Shown one piece after another: positions 42,159 through 56,094 of a stretch of DNA of 64,000 bases. Origin of the DNA: Paramecium tetraurelia (Eukaryota); contig CT868629.1 in the NCBI GenBank assembly GCA_000165425.1, positions 248,001 through 312,000 on the forward strand. The letters run 5' to 3'. Position 1 is the first letter of the stretch. Each line of letters begins with the position of its first letter. The notes beneath the pieces are model-generated. The model searched no databases and was not told the DNA's origin. It saw only the letters and a program-made list of their open reading frames with translations. Both the position numbers and the translations under genes were made by a program.

Positions 42159-45100
42159 ATGAATAAAAGCAGCCTGAATTCCTCAAAAATCAAACAACTC
42201 TCATCAGGTGCTCCTATTGAGGTTGTTCCCAATGAGATCATCTTCAAAGACATCCAAATCAACCAGACCTATGAAATTACTGTATTTGTTCGAAACTTGA
42301 CTCAAACGGCTCGTAGGATCAGGGTTTTTCAACCGCATTCAAATTTCAGATGCGATTATGAAATGCAAGGGTAATTCAGGATTTTTACATTTTAAGGGCC
42401 ATAGCAGCAGGTCTGTCAATGAAGCTCATTGTGACATTCGAGACAGCCAATTTAGAGAGTTATTCTGACAGTCTGAAGATCGTAACTGATGGACAGTACA
42501 GCGTCGACATTCCATTGCATGCATTCCCAGCACAAGCAGCGTATGGAATATTACTAATTAAGTATAATCTATGAACCCTTCATCAACTTGGGATTCGTAA
42601 GAGTGGGCAAGGAGAAGATGGATAAAATCCATTTTAAGAATGAAGGCAAAGCTCCTGGGAAGGTTGAGTTAAAACTAGAGAAGATACCCGACTTTCGAAT
42701 TGATCCCAACTCATTCACACTGGCTCCAGGTTAAGAATTCTCAGTTTCAGTCTTCTACAAACCCAAAGATGCAGGAATCTTTCGAGGCATTGTCGAAGTG
42801 ATTGCTGATGGCCAGCTCAGCGGATTGAGTCTCAAGAATCCTATTGATATCAATGCTACTTCAATAGAGTTTACACGATTCCTTATAGATTCAAATGGAA
42901 CGCAGAACAATCATTTTGATTTTGGCACAATTTATTATGGACAATAAAAAAATATCGAGGCTTACTTAGTCAATAACACTCCCAATCAACAGAAATTCAA
43001 AGTCAAATTGAAGAAGGGATTACATCAACGGGAAGAAACACTGAAGTTATAAACACCAGCAGAATTGGGATTGGAACAAACTGAACGAATTATGGAATGT
43101 TGGCCTGAGGAAGGAACTATTGAATCATACTCCTAGGCCACCATTCTATTTAAATGCAGACCCAAAGTGAGTGAAGAATTGTAGATACGAACAAGACAAT
43201 ATGCAATGAATCAGGATAGGAGGATGGATGCAGATGAATTCCAATACTCAGCCATCTTCGACTTTAATGATGATGAACCATTGATGAATCATCTCTCTGT
43301 ACATTGCATTTGTCCTCAAATCAAATTCCCACCCATACAATCCATAACATTTGGGCAATGTGGAGCAAATTAACAAAAAGACATGACCTTTGAAATCCAA
43401 AATCTATCATAGGAATTACCAATTCTCATTGCTTTTCCAACCATCCCCTATTTCAGTGTGACTCCCCCTCTCAAAACTTTGAGTTAATCTGAGAAAGTTA
43501 ATTTTTGGATTAGTTTTAGACCTAAACATATTGGATAATTTGCTAATATTTTGAATGCAGAATTGTTGGGCGGGGTCTTCAAAATACCTATTAAAGTTAC
43601 AGGCATATGCTAACAAATACTACCCAAACCGCAATACAGAAGAGGACCTGAATCTTAACCTCAAGATTTTGAAATAACCAAGGATAGGTCTATTTCAGGG
43701 ATTGTCAAGACTTAGACCGATAAGGTGTAGACTTTTGATTTGTCTCGTTCAATGGTTTCTGTGGCTCAACAAAGTTTAGATAGGATCGATGAATTGAAAT
43801 TAACAAATAAGGAGAAATACAATGAGTATTTGAAAGGTCATAGAGCATTGAGGATCAAAAAAGAGAAAGAATAGTTGATTAAATTGAAATTCACTCAGAT
43901 GACAGAGAAATTAAACTAAATTAAGAATGAATCATTGCTCTTGTAGAAGAAGAAACAACAAACAACAGAAGAAGAAAAACCAGAACCGCCTATTGATTAT
44001 GAATTTGTTGTTGGAATGCATGAGGATGGCTATGAATAGGATTTGAATCTACCAGATGCCAATGAATCTTTATTTGTTACTAAACCAATCTATCACTATG
44101 AACCGATTACTAGAGTTAAGGAAGGTAATGTCATCAAACCCTTTGATCCTGATCCTAAGACAGTTCCAAAGAAGAAATTCCCTAATGAACCAAAGACTCA
44201 TAGTGAAATTAGGGATGCATCATGTGAATTGACAGCAGAATAATTACTTAAAATAAGTGCTGGTCCTGTCAAAATCGATTTTGGGAATATCTTCGTTAAA
44301 TCCTTGGCTACAAAATATTTCTATGTTAGAAATGAATTAAGGAGTTCCATCTCAGTTCGATTGTATTCAGACAGAGAGGAGTTTGCTTAGTCATACACAA
44401 AACCACAGATAATTCCCAGTGGACAAACAGCTGGATTTGATGTATGTGTGAATTCTAGGCAATTAGGATAGTTAAAATCACATTTGAAATATATCATCAA
44501 TGAGAAACATGTATTTGAAATTTAAGTATCAGCTACAATTGAAAAAGTGTTCTTAGAAATGAGTAGACAATAAGTTAAATTAAACTTCACAGATGACAAT
44601 GCAGAGATGGAAACAATGGAAATATTGAGATTGACTAATAATGGAAATGCTGATGCTAAATTTAAATGGATCACAGCAGAGAAAAAGACCTTTTCTGTAA
44701 AACCAGAAGAGGGTGTTGTACCATTTGGGAGGAATGTAGAATGTTAAATAATCTATCGTCCATCTCTTTCAAATAATCAATAATAGTATGCAGCCTAAGC
44801 ATCTGGTCAATAATAATAATACACAGCTGCCACTACAAGGACAGAAGAAGAGAAAATTACACTAAAAACTGAAGAAGGATTAGATCAAACAGTCAAATGC
44901 ACTGGAATTGTGACTGAACCTAAATGCTCAGTCAAGTAAGGCTCATTAGATTTCAAAGATGTAGTTGTGTGTAAGACTGAAACTAAAATTATAAGCGTAA
45001 AGAATCATTCCAAATCAACAGCAGTATTTGCAATAAAATCATAAATAGATTGCATTGAAGTTATGCCTCTGAAAGGTAGAATTCATTAAGAGGAAACGAA

Positions 45101-48100
45101 AGATATTCAAGTGAAGTTCTTTAGCAAAGAGGAGAGAACAATCAAAGGAGAAATTGTGATTCAAATTAGAGGAGGAAAACTATTGGTTGTTCCCTTCTCA
45201 GCTTAAGCAATCATACCTAAAATTGAAATTGAGTAGGATCTTTTCGAATTTGGAAATGTCACCACTCTAGGCACGAGCAATCAAATGCCTTTGACTCTCG
45301 TAAATTCATCTCCTGTGAATGTTGAATTGGTTTTAGATTTGCGATCTCAAAGTGAGAATCCAAAAGCCCCTGATGGAATTGATTGCTTAGAATTCAAACC
45401 ATAAGATGATGATGACACCATTATGCATTCTGTTCATCCTGATTAAGAAGATGATGAACCCAAAGAAGAGGATCCATTGGATGATGTATCTGAGAAATCA
45501 GAACCCATAGAAATCGAATAGAAGATATATAGACAATATAATATCTCCATTGGGGCAGGCAAATCTTAACAATTCTTGTTACGCTTCTCCCCAAAGGAAG
45601 TTAAATAGTACTCATTTGACATTCCATTGACTCTCGCAAGATTTGGTATGTTGCCTACTTTACTAAGAAGAGTGACTTGCAAAGGACTCAAACCTAAATT
45701 CTTAGTGGAACCTTAATCTATAGAATTCAAGAAGAAAATCATCACTTCCCCAGATAAATGTTTCCCCACAGTTGAAGAAATCAAATTGTCTAATCCTGAT
45801 AAACGAGATGTTCATTGGAAAATTGATGCCTCCTCATTGAGATCAGAAAAGATCTTCTCAATCGAACCTTCTGAAGGAGTTGTTCCAAGTGGACAACAAT
45901 CTAAAATTAGGGTCAAATTCAATCCTTATGGACCTGGCTAATTTAGCGGTGTCGTTCAATTATACATCCTATCTGATCCTGACATCCCTCCTACCTTACC
46001 TTATGTAGAAATCACATTAGGGGGGTCTGGAGCATACCCAAGATTATTATTTGACAAGAAAGAAATCATACTTCCAGTTGTGCCTTTGAATATTCAATCT
46101 AGGTGTTACTTTAGAATTATTAATGACGGATACGAAAACTTAAATTTAAAATATAATTGGGCTCAAGAAATAAGCAATTTCAATCTAGAACTTAAATTTC
46201 CAGAAGGAACTACCTTAGGTGTGGCCAAAAGCAAACTAAGAGTGGAAGTTATTTTTAGTAATAAGAAACCCTTGAGTTTTACTACAAGAGTTGAATTTAT
46301 TGATGAAGCCAGAGTCTATTCAATCTACATTTCTGGAACTACAGATAATTGCATTTTTACTAATCAAACATTCCTTTGGAGGATGGGAAGGTACCAATTA
46401 GAAGCTGAAGAAAGAAAACCCATCCTCTATGTAGAAGATGAGAATGTGGATTCTGACAACGAGAAGAATCCTAAACACAATTTCTCTGTAAGATCAAGTA
46501 CTTCCTCTAAAGGAACTGCAAATCTAGGTTATACTCCTGTTAGGAAAGATTAATTTGACTCTGCTTCTGAATATATTATTAGATGGCTCAATTATCATGT
46601 GCTTACAACCAGTATCGTAATGTATCCTGAAGATGTGATTAATGCCAATGGACAACAGGTTTTTGAACTTCTCACCTTTTTGACAGGCAAACAGAATTTT
46701 TCCTATAAATAAAATATTGATCCAAATTGGAAGAAATCTTAGAGGGCTGAAGCACTTTATAAATAATATGATGAGATGATCAGATAACTTAAAATAGAGG
46801 GAGCATTGCTTAATCACATCAGATCAGAATACTTGTTGAGTTATTAAGATTATTTAGCATGGCTCAAAGTTCAACCACCAAATAAGTTTGAGAATGTCCC
46901 TGAAAATATGTTGAGACTCAATCCTACTAAATACAATTACTTGCAATAAGATGCTTGGATTGCCTTATTCTATCAAATCATCAAGATCTATTATTTGAAT
47001 CGTATCACTCTCAAGGCATTCAAAGCTCTTCCAGGAATTCCTACTCCTAAATTAACTATTCCTGATTATTATCTGGAAGGATCCAATTTGATCTCATAAT
47101 CTGAAGGCATACTCCTCTACTTCTATGAAATATGTTATGAAATGCAACATCAAATGACTAGACGAATCAAGAATTTTGATTAAGATTTCAGAGATTCAAT
47201 AGTAATTGCCGATGCTTTGACCACATTCATTGGTCCTTCCATGACTAAATTCTTCGGCAATTTCCGTAACTCTTGTAACCATGAGGATGATTACAAATAC
47301 AACACTGAAAAACTGATACCAGCATTGTAAGACTTTGGCCTTTAATCTCACATTTAACCCATTGATATATATCGTCCTTAATGCAGAGAAATGATTATGC
47401 TACTTGTTCAATTATTTTTTTCGTTGCCTTATTACATTCCCCAAAAGGACCCTATTTTCTTCTCTTGTGTTTTGGGTGAAGAAGTAGTCAAAAGCATTGA
47501 ACTTAAGAATCCAACTCAAAAACCAATCAGCTACTGGGTTAAATATGAAGGACATCCAGATTTCTAATTGGAAGGAGATGAAAGTATTAAAATTGAACCA
47601 GACGTTCCCTATTAATATAAAATTAAGTTTACATCAAGAATATCTCAGCCAGTTTCTGGAAGAGTAATTTTCACAAACAAAAAAGAGTCAAACATATAAG
47701 CAGCTGCTTTGGTTTTTGAATTAAAATCCAGTATTACAGGCAGAAAATCTGAGAAGCAATGGAATGTTAGTTCTATATTGTATGAAATCTTTGACTTTTA
47801 AATTTAAATAACGAATAAGTTCTTATAGGATGGGGAATTTCAAATAATCATAACTCATGAGAAAAAGTAGATAGATCAATAGAAAAAGAAGGGAAAGACT
47901 GCTTAAGTTTAATCAATTATTTAAGAGGAGGAATTCCCAGCATTCTTTTGTCAGCAAGAGAAGATTCGTATTCGCAAGAATCAAACCATTAATCTAACTT
48001 TACAATATATTCCATTAACAATGGATACTCACAAATGTCAAATAGTTTTAACTGATCCACAAGTTGGAGAATTTCAACATGATCTTTAAGGAACTGTAGA

Positions 48101-50894
48101 GTTACCTAATTTATCAGGTGAATTCAAACCTGAAAAGCCTCTGTATGTAGATTAAACTATCCAAATTCCATATCAAATTCCTTTCAAAAATGAATAGATA
48201 GTTCGTGCTCGGTAACAAATCTAATAGATAATGTAAATAAAATAGAAGAACAAATAATAATAATTGGGTGTAGATAAGACGAATACCTAGAATAATTTTT
48301 AGAATAAATTAGTGTATCCAGGTAGTAATACTGATTAAACGACTTTTGAAATAGAAGTTTATCCGTAAACATAATATTTATAAGTTCCATAAACATTGAC
48401 TGTTGTTGATGGAAATAAAAAATAAGTAGATCGCAGTAATGATGGTAAATTGCCAATTACTTATGCATTTAAAAATGCAACAAAAGATTTTAGTGTCATT
48501 TTGACTTTAAAAAATAAATTTGATATTCGGAGATACAAATTATCAGCTCAAGTATTACCCAAGGTTGTTAAGGCAACATTAGAATTTAGAGTACCTGCTA
48601 GATAATAAGTAGTTTAAGAGATTCCAATTGTGAATAATTCTGATAAAGAATGGAGCATTAAGGTGTAGATTAATCAACCTTAAGATGGATTATTTTAATG
48701 TCCAAATAAAGATTTTTAAGTCAAGAAGAAATCTACAGGATTATTTCCAATAACATTTTATCCCTAATGGATAGCATCTTGTGAGGCAAAACTAATACTT
48801 AGTAATCCTTAAACTAATGATGTATTTGAATATGATTTGGTTGGTATTGGAGAAGAACCAGTTGCTGAGGAGCATATAATACTTAATTGTTAGGCTAGAA
48901 AATAAATGAAAAGAGACATAGAAATTAAAAATAATTCAGAAAAAGTGATCACCTATAAAGTGGAAACTGATTTGATCTATGCAACTGGACCCTAGACCAT
49001 TACTGTATAACCAGGAAAGAAAGCTACATATCAATTAACTGTATAACCAGTTTTATCAGGGTAATATACTGGGTCAATCACATTCACAGAAGAAAGTGGA
49101 AGATACTTATGGTACACTGTCTTTATGAATACTGAATCTCCGAAGTCAGTTCAGACTTTAGAATTATCTTGTCTAATTAGATAAGCTACGGTAATGCAAT
49201 TAACACTTGTTAATCCTTTGCCTGAAACTGCAATTTATGAAGCCATAATAAATGGAGATGGCCTAGTAGGAGAAGATTAATTTGCAATTGGAGCTAACAA
49301 AGAGGGAAATTATGAATTGACTTTTGCTCCACTTAAAATAGGTAGATGGAGAGGTAGTGTTGCATTTGTAAATCGTTAATTAGGGGAAGTTTGGTATGAA
49401 TTCATACTCACTTGTGAAGAGTAACCAATAATAAAATTAAATGTATTAAAGGCATCTCTAGGAAAAGTAGAGTCATTGCCTATTACTTTAGAAAATCCAT
49501 CTGATTAAAAGGTCAATTTGTAGTATAGAATATCTAATCCAACTAATTTCGATATCTCACCTAATGAATTAGTTATTCACCCATATGACGTCTTAAAAGT
49601 TAATATTAAATATACTCCCTCTTCACTTGATTAAATAGAGTAGTCTGAAATTATCTTTACATCTCCTATTGGAAAATGGCATTATTTAGTTTTCGGTAAT
49701 GGTCTACCCCCAACTAAATTCCCAGCTACTACTGTGAGTATAGGATTGAATAAGGATTACAGTTCTGTTGTACACTTTAAGAATCCTTTTAAAGATCCAA
49801 TTACTGTTAAAATTGAATTCGAAGCTGAAGGACATAATAAAGAAGTTTTTAAATTACTGACCAACAAAAATGATAAGATTCTTGTTCCAGGAATGAATGT
49901 TCTATAAATTCCTTTTTCATTTGTTCCAAGAGAAATCACTTGCTATTATGCTGAAATAATTATTCAAATGAATGAAAAGATCTCCTGGACTTTTCCAATT
50001 AAAGGAGTAACAGAAAGTATATCAAATCAAACATTATTTCATTTTAAGGCCAAGTGTAGAGAAAAGTGGGAAGATGAAATCAAAATTGGACTCTAAGGAA
50101 TTGCTTAAACTTTATAAGCTGATGACAAATTTGATTTTGAATTGGCAAACATTCCAGTAGATTTATAACAAATGATCAGCAAATGCTTTAGTGTAAAGTG
50201 TACTAAAAACTAATTATATAATCCTCATGAAAATCTTCATTTTGCTGTTCGATTTTAGCCTATGAAACCATTCAAAGCTAGTCTTGAATTTATTGTTCTT
50301 AGACAAAGTGGAGGAAGATGGAAGTAATCATATTTAATATATTTACAATAGATACAAGATAGTGTTAGAAGCCACTTAACCTGATGAAGATGATGTTATT
50401 ATAATTAGTTCACCTTTAAATAAAACTACTAGTGTTTCCTTCAAATTAACAAATAAAACTAAAGGATACGCTAAGTTCTATGCTGGATTCACTCCTGAAT
50501 CCGATGCTGAATTTTCAGTTATTCCTAAAATCGGCGACCTTGAGCCATATGGAAGAGAAGGAACTACTTTTGTAATTTCATTTACTCCTATAGAATATGG
50601 TAAGATCAGAAAAGGCAAATTAGTAATTTAAACTGAGGACATGTATTGGTACTAAATTTTGATTATTATAATCTTAGGTCTTATTTGATTAAGGGTATTC
50701 TTCCAAAATATATACCTCCTTAAATCAAACAATCGAATATTGATAATCATTTAATGAAATCTTAAATTTAGTAATCCACCATCATTGATTAATCCAAAAA
50801 CTATGTTGTTGAGAATATCAAAAAAGCAAGATAACTTACTCCACCTGCATCTAAAAGACAGATGTTTTTAGACGCCTCTTTTATTAAAAAATGA
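42159..50894 (+). CDS. CFAP47: Cilia- and flagella-associated protein 47-like (tandem ASH/Ig-like domains plus CH domain), ~2900 aa
   Basis: Repeated ASH motifs (IFKDI...VRN; IDFGNIFV; FEFGNVTT; LTLVNP); CH-like IKNFDQDFRDSIVIA; C-terminal FTPIEYGKIRKGKLVIQTEDMYWSYLIKG. Confidence 0.85.
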
Positions 50895-51622
50895 AATATC
50901 TACATATATATCTATATTTATATATAACAATAACATTTGTTATCAAAATCTAGTTAATTATTTTATCTTATTTGGTTCAATTAATCCATTTTGGTTAATA
51001 ATTCATTTATAGAAATATGATATTCAACTTTATCACTCACTCCAAAGTTTAGAAATGCATTTAGGTATTAGAACAAACTTCAAAGCATAGTCTTGTGTTT
51101 CTAGAATATCTTTAATTGTACCATACTTAATGACTTAGATATGCTTAAATATTTCGATGTTTATTATTTGTAATAAATTGTATTTTCTTCATTTCTCAAA
51201 TTTAATTTGATAAGCAAAAATACGATTATTACATAAATATTACTTCTTATAATTTTTATCCAAGTATTTCAGGTTCAAATTTAAGCTTTTATTTTAAATC
51301 CTATAATCCTGGTTTAATAAAAGTAGAGTCTTAGTCTTTTTAACTTGCCTCCTTTTAATTATCAAAATATCTATTCTAATCTCATAATCTTCAATCACAA
51401 AAAAATATAAATTAATTTTTTATTTCATACAAAATATTAACTATATTCATATTTATATTCCACTATGTTTAAGTAATACATTCAAGAAGCTGAATATTAG
51501 AGTCTCTACTCTTTTTAAATAATATTATATAAATATTCAAATTTGTAAATCTAGCCGTTGTCATTAAATATATGATTAAAAGGTGGTTAATATCGAAGTA
51601 ATTATATAATGATATCATTTTT

Positions 51623-52597
51623 TCATTCATCTAGCCATCTTATCTTCTTTCCATCTTCCCATTCTCCTTCTCTTTCAATGCCATTACTTCCTCTATACAC
51701 TCCTTTGCCATGTTATTATCCATCCTTCCAAAATCCTTTGTACATTCTACCATCTGGCCAAAAGAACTCACCGAAACCATGCTTTTTATCATCGAAATAT
51801 TATCCTTTATATTTTCTACCGTCCTTCCATGTAAAAATACCATTTCCATCCATTTTATTGTCTTTCCAATCTCCAGTATACTCCCTAAAATCTGCCCATT
51901 TATAAACTCCTTTTCCATGAATATTATTGAAGGCAAACTCACCAGTGTAAGTACTACCATCACTCCAAGTAAAGGTACCGATTCCATGTTTTAAACCCAT
52001 ATCATAGTCGCCTTCATACATGGCTCCATCAGCCCACTTTTCAACTCCGAAACCATGTTATTTGTCTTCAAACCACTCTCCTACATAGGATGCCCCATCC
52101 TTATGAAAGTATGTCCCTTTGCCATGAGCTTTGTCATTTAGCCACTCTCCTATGTATACATCTCCATCAGAATGAATCAATCTACCTTTTCCGTTAGCCA
52201 TATCAGATGCGAAATAACCTTCGTAAACAGAACCATCAGCCCAGTGTTGTTTGCCTCTTCCTTATCTCATTCCATTCTTCCACTATCCTTCATAGTACAC
52301 ATTAGTTTCAATTTCCAACACTCCCGAATAAGGTAGAGCAAACATGTCATCGGTTGGATCATCGTATTAATAGGGACCAACTCTATTTAATGCTTCTTAG
52401 GTGAACGAATTAGAGAAATCAGGCATGGAGACTAGAGTTTTGAGATTAGATCTAATGTGCTGGATTAATTGAGAGGATTGTGATAATTTTGGTTTAACAC
52501 TCAGGTTTTCTTGATTGTCAGGTGCCTTCTTTGCTGGTTTGAGTTCATTACGAGATTCGTATATATTTGGATCATCACAGGTTGTGCAATTCCCCAT
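51623..52597 (-). CDS. MORN-repeat protein with N-terminal acylation motif, 324 aa
   Basis: MGNCTTC start; about nine YEGxWxxGxxHGxGxxxWxDG repeats; intronless. Confidence 0.9.
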
Positions 52598-52619
52598 TTT
52601 GACTGTTATAATAATTATT

Positions 52620-54203
52620 ATGTTATCTAATCGATCGAATAAGGACACCAAGGAAGTCAAACGCATTAGTTTGATTCCAAGTCGACAGGAGCAACAATAA
52701 GACCAAGAATACAAGTACATATAACCTGTAAAAACTGTGAATGTGGAGAATCAGGATCCAAAATGGTCAGAACTCAAAGTAGATGGCAAGAATATCAACC
52801 ACAGAGCCTACTCCAGCATAACAATCCATAATGATTTGTATACCTCCCTTATAATATAGCTTGTATTTGTATGGGGGATACCAAGTTCAATTAGGAATCA
52901 TGGATGAATTCTATCGTATGAATCTAAAGAGTTTAAGTTACCAATGGGAAAAGCTGACTTACAAGGAAAACCCAGGACCCAGGACTCGCCATCAGATGTG
53001 TACCTTCATAGATAGGATCTACATATTTGGTGGTCAGATTCACTAATCAGTCTCCACCAATTCCATGTGGTACTTTGATCTCAATTCCCACATCTGGATT
53101 AAGTGCAAAATTAATCAATCATATCCTCCAGAAATAGACAATCACACAGCCATCATCCACAACGATAATTGGATTGTATTTGGGGGTTTTTTTGGAGGAA
53201 CTGTTGGCTTACATTCTAACTATGTTTATAAATATGAATTTAGTTCCAACAATTGGCAAAGAGTTTAACCATAAGTCAGCAAAGCTCCATATCCCAGAGA
53301 CGGAGCAGGCATAGCTATGCATAAGAACATTCTCTACATGTTCGGCGGATCTAATGGTCATGAAAGATTTAACGATCTATGGAAATTCGATTTCTAAGTA
53401 TGGACCGAAATCCCTATCAGTTCCAAAGTAAAACCTAGAATCAGATCAGGTCATGTGATGCTTGCTCATGATGATAAAATAATCATCTTTGGAGGAATAC
53501 ATGATATCACTTGGGAATTAGATGACTTATATGTATTTAATCTTAAGAAAATGGAATGGGTTAGTGTTGATGAGGACAGCGCTAGAAAGAAGGATAAATA
53601 ATTACTATCTCCAAGCAAGGACACCAAATAAGATCAACATTCACGAAGATAATTCAGAAAATCCACTAGAACTGGCAGCATAAAAAAGACTTTTAAAAGA
53701 ACAACTCTCTCTCCCCTTAAAAAACCTGATTAATCTGAAGACAGTTTGGAGTCACCTACTAGAAATTTGTCTTAAGCTTAATCTAATTAAAAAACCCTAG
53801 ATGAAAAAAAAAGAAAAGAAATTTAACAGAAGAAAATGGCTTTATTAAAGATTTTTGAAGTTGATGAGGGTTAAAAATAATAACTTAGAGACAATTCTCC
53901 TACCTCTGAAAAAATGAGGAATTCCTTATTCTTAATAGGCAATCCAAAGGCTGACTTGAAAATTAGATAGGGAAAACTAACTGAATTTGGAAAGCCTTTG
54001 GTTTCAAAGTATATTTTCAATTATTTTTTATCAGATTTCTTTAGCCCCTTCAATCAATGTAAAATTCAATCGTTGGAAAGAAACCCTGCGCTCGAGATGG
54101 ACATTCATTTACAATATATGAATCTTAACTTCTCATTTTCGGTGGAGATAGACATCAAATGTCCTTTAATGATATATATTCTTTAGATTTAACCAAAGTT
54201 TGA
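52620..54203 (+). CDS. Kelch-repeat beta-propeller protein
   Basis: LYLYGGY, PGPRTRH...IYIFGG, IVFGGF, PRDGA...LYMFGG, RSGH...IIFGG, last blade KPCARDGH...LIFGGDR after a long insert. Confidence 0.9.
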
Positions 54204-54587
54204 TTATCATATTAAATTCTTATTTAAGATTATTTTTATAAAGAATTCCTAAGATACATTGTTTTTTGTTTACCATTGCCAGTCTTTTGTCCAATTATTT
54301 GTTGAAATTATTATTTCCTTGACAATAGTTTTTAGAAATATATTTGGTTGACCAAAATAGAAATAAGCAACTTCAAGTTGAAAATTTAATTAAATCAATT
54401 TTATTGAATTAATTTTGTTTAAATAAGTATAAATTTTTTATAGTTAATTTCTGTTAGATCAACATTAATATCTCTATTGATAAAGAATTTGTATATATTT
54501 TATAGAAAAATACTATGATTTAAATTTCAACATATCTTATTAGTAATATAAAAGGCACAATAACCATCCTTAAATTCATAAATAAAA

Positions 54588-54933
54588 ATGAAAAAAATTT
54601 TGGCAATTGCATTACTTATCCTCTGTATCACAGCTAAGAAACACCACAAATAAGAAGAGGAACCAACAGATCCAATGTCTAAATGCGTTTAAGAGAATTG
54701 TATGAACGAAGCATTTGGATGCGTCTTTGATGATTAATGTTCTAATACACTGTCGGAGTGTGCTGAACAAAATCAAGATAATAGGTCAATAGACAAAGTA
54801 ATTATCATTAAAATTTCTTTAGCTTGTTGAATGCACTGCCAATAATGAAATCGCATCAGCATTAGCTTCTTGCATGCAAACCAATTGTGCCAGCTTTTAG
54901 TAACTTATGAAGCTTTTCAACAGAAGAAAGTGA
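54588..54933 (+). CDS. Small secreted Cys-rich protein (~106 aa)
   Basis: Signal MKKILAIALLILCITA; mature part with 8 Cys (CX4CX6CX5CX6C...CX12CX4C); one 25-nt intron. Confidence 0.8.
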
Positions 54934-55349
54934 ACATAAAAATGATTATTATTAAGCAAATCAAAAATCATCTTTTATTACCAAAATTTTTCCTATTTTT
55001 CCTATTTTTTTTATACTTTTAGATCGACCTAACACACGCATATTAATTAAATATAAAAAATTGTAATATTTATTGAAAATTCTCATATAATCTAATGTCA
55101 TAATTAAATTATGAGAAATTAGATATTAAAACTGATTTTGGTGACTCTCGAGATGGGTTCTAAGATAAAAATAAAAATAAATTTATTTATTAATTTATAC
55201 TTTTTAATCTCCATATTTTTTTAATTATCCAAGGGTGATGAGATGTAGTCTAATTTCCAAATCATTTCGGAGATAATACGGAGTATTGATTAAAATTGTG
55301 TATATAAAATTTAATTCCGGTTTCGAGTTAAATATCTTATTTATAATAA

Positions 55350-56014
55350 ATGAATATTTGCCAATTTTAACACCCAATCGAGTATACTAGTTGCATAATA
55401 GATGATGAATCCAATTAGAATATTTTAGTTCAGTGCCATACTAATTTTTAAAAGAAGTAGAGCATGAATGCATCTACTCAAGAATAGACTGATTATTCAG
55501 AAATCTCCTAACATGAATAAGACTCAACACTCTTGGACATTGAAGTTGATCAATATCTGTACAGTATTAATCTCAGACATAATCCTACCTTTCAACAGGA
55601 AGAATTCATTCATAATTTTTTGTCTCATAACACAATCTAAAAACTCAAATTAGGACTTACCGCTGAACTGGCTGAGGATGATAATACTAAGAAGTTTGAG
55701 GAGTGGCTATATATGTTGAGAAATAGAAATGGGCAGAATTTAGCTAGGGAATTGAAAGTAAAGAAATATTTAGAGAAGAAAAGGAATAGAACTTATGAAA
55801 AAAGAGTACAATACTAAGTTAGACAAAAGGTGGCTGGAGAAAGAATGAGAATCAAAGGGAGGTTTATTACATGGAGATAGGTAATAGTAGAATCTAAAAA
55901 TAGGCTGTTAAATTGTTGGATGGAGATGAATCGAAGAAGGAGTGGACTTACAATGATTATTTTAGAATCAAGGCGTTGCTCTACTCAAAATACAACTTGG
56001 TTAATAATCTCTGA
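55350..56014 (+). CDS. CCT-motif protein
   Basis: RELKVKKYLEKKRNRTYEKRVQYQVRQKVAGERMRIKGRF; start uncertain (55350 with an intron, or 55402). Confidence 0.8.
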
Positions 56015-56094
56015 TTTTATTATATGATTTTCATTAATGGTTTAAGACTTTATAATATTTCTGATAATATAATTTAATTAATAAAGGCTTTTAT

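Noticed and set aside
42159..50894. Hydin
   Set aside because: Length (~2900 aa), CH-like domain and C-terminal motif fit CFAP47 better
51623..52300. Periodic ~69-nt repeats that could suggest an array
   Set aside because: Degenerate coding MORN repeats, not identical repeats with spacers; not CRISPR
55230..55300. Possible C/D snoRNA (GTGATGA box C)
   Set aside because: No matching CTGA box D or terminal stem found
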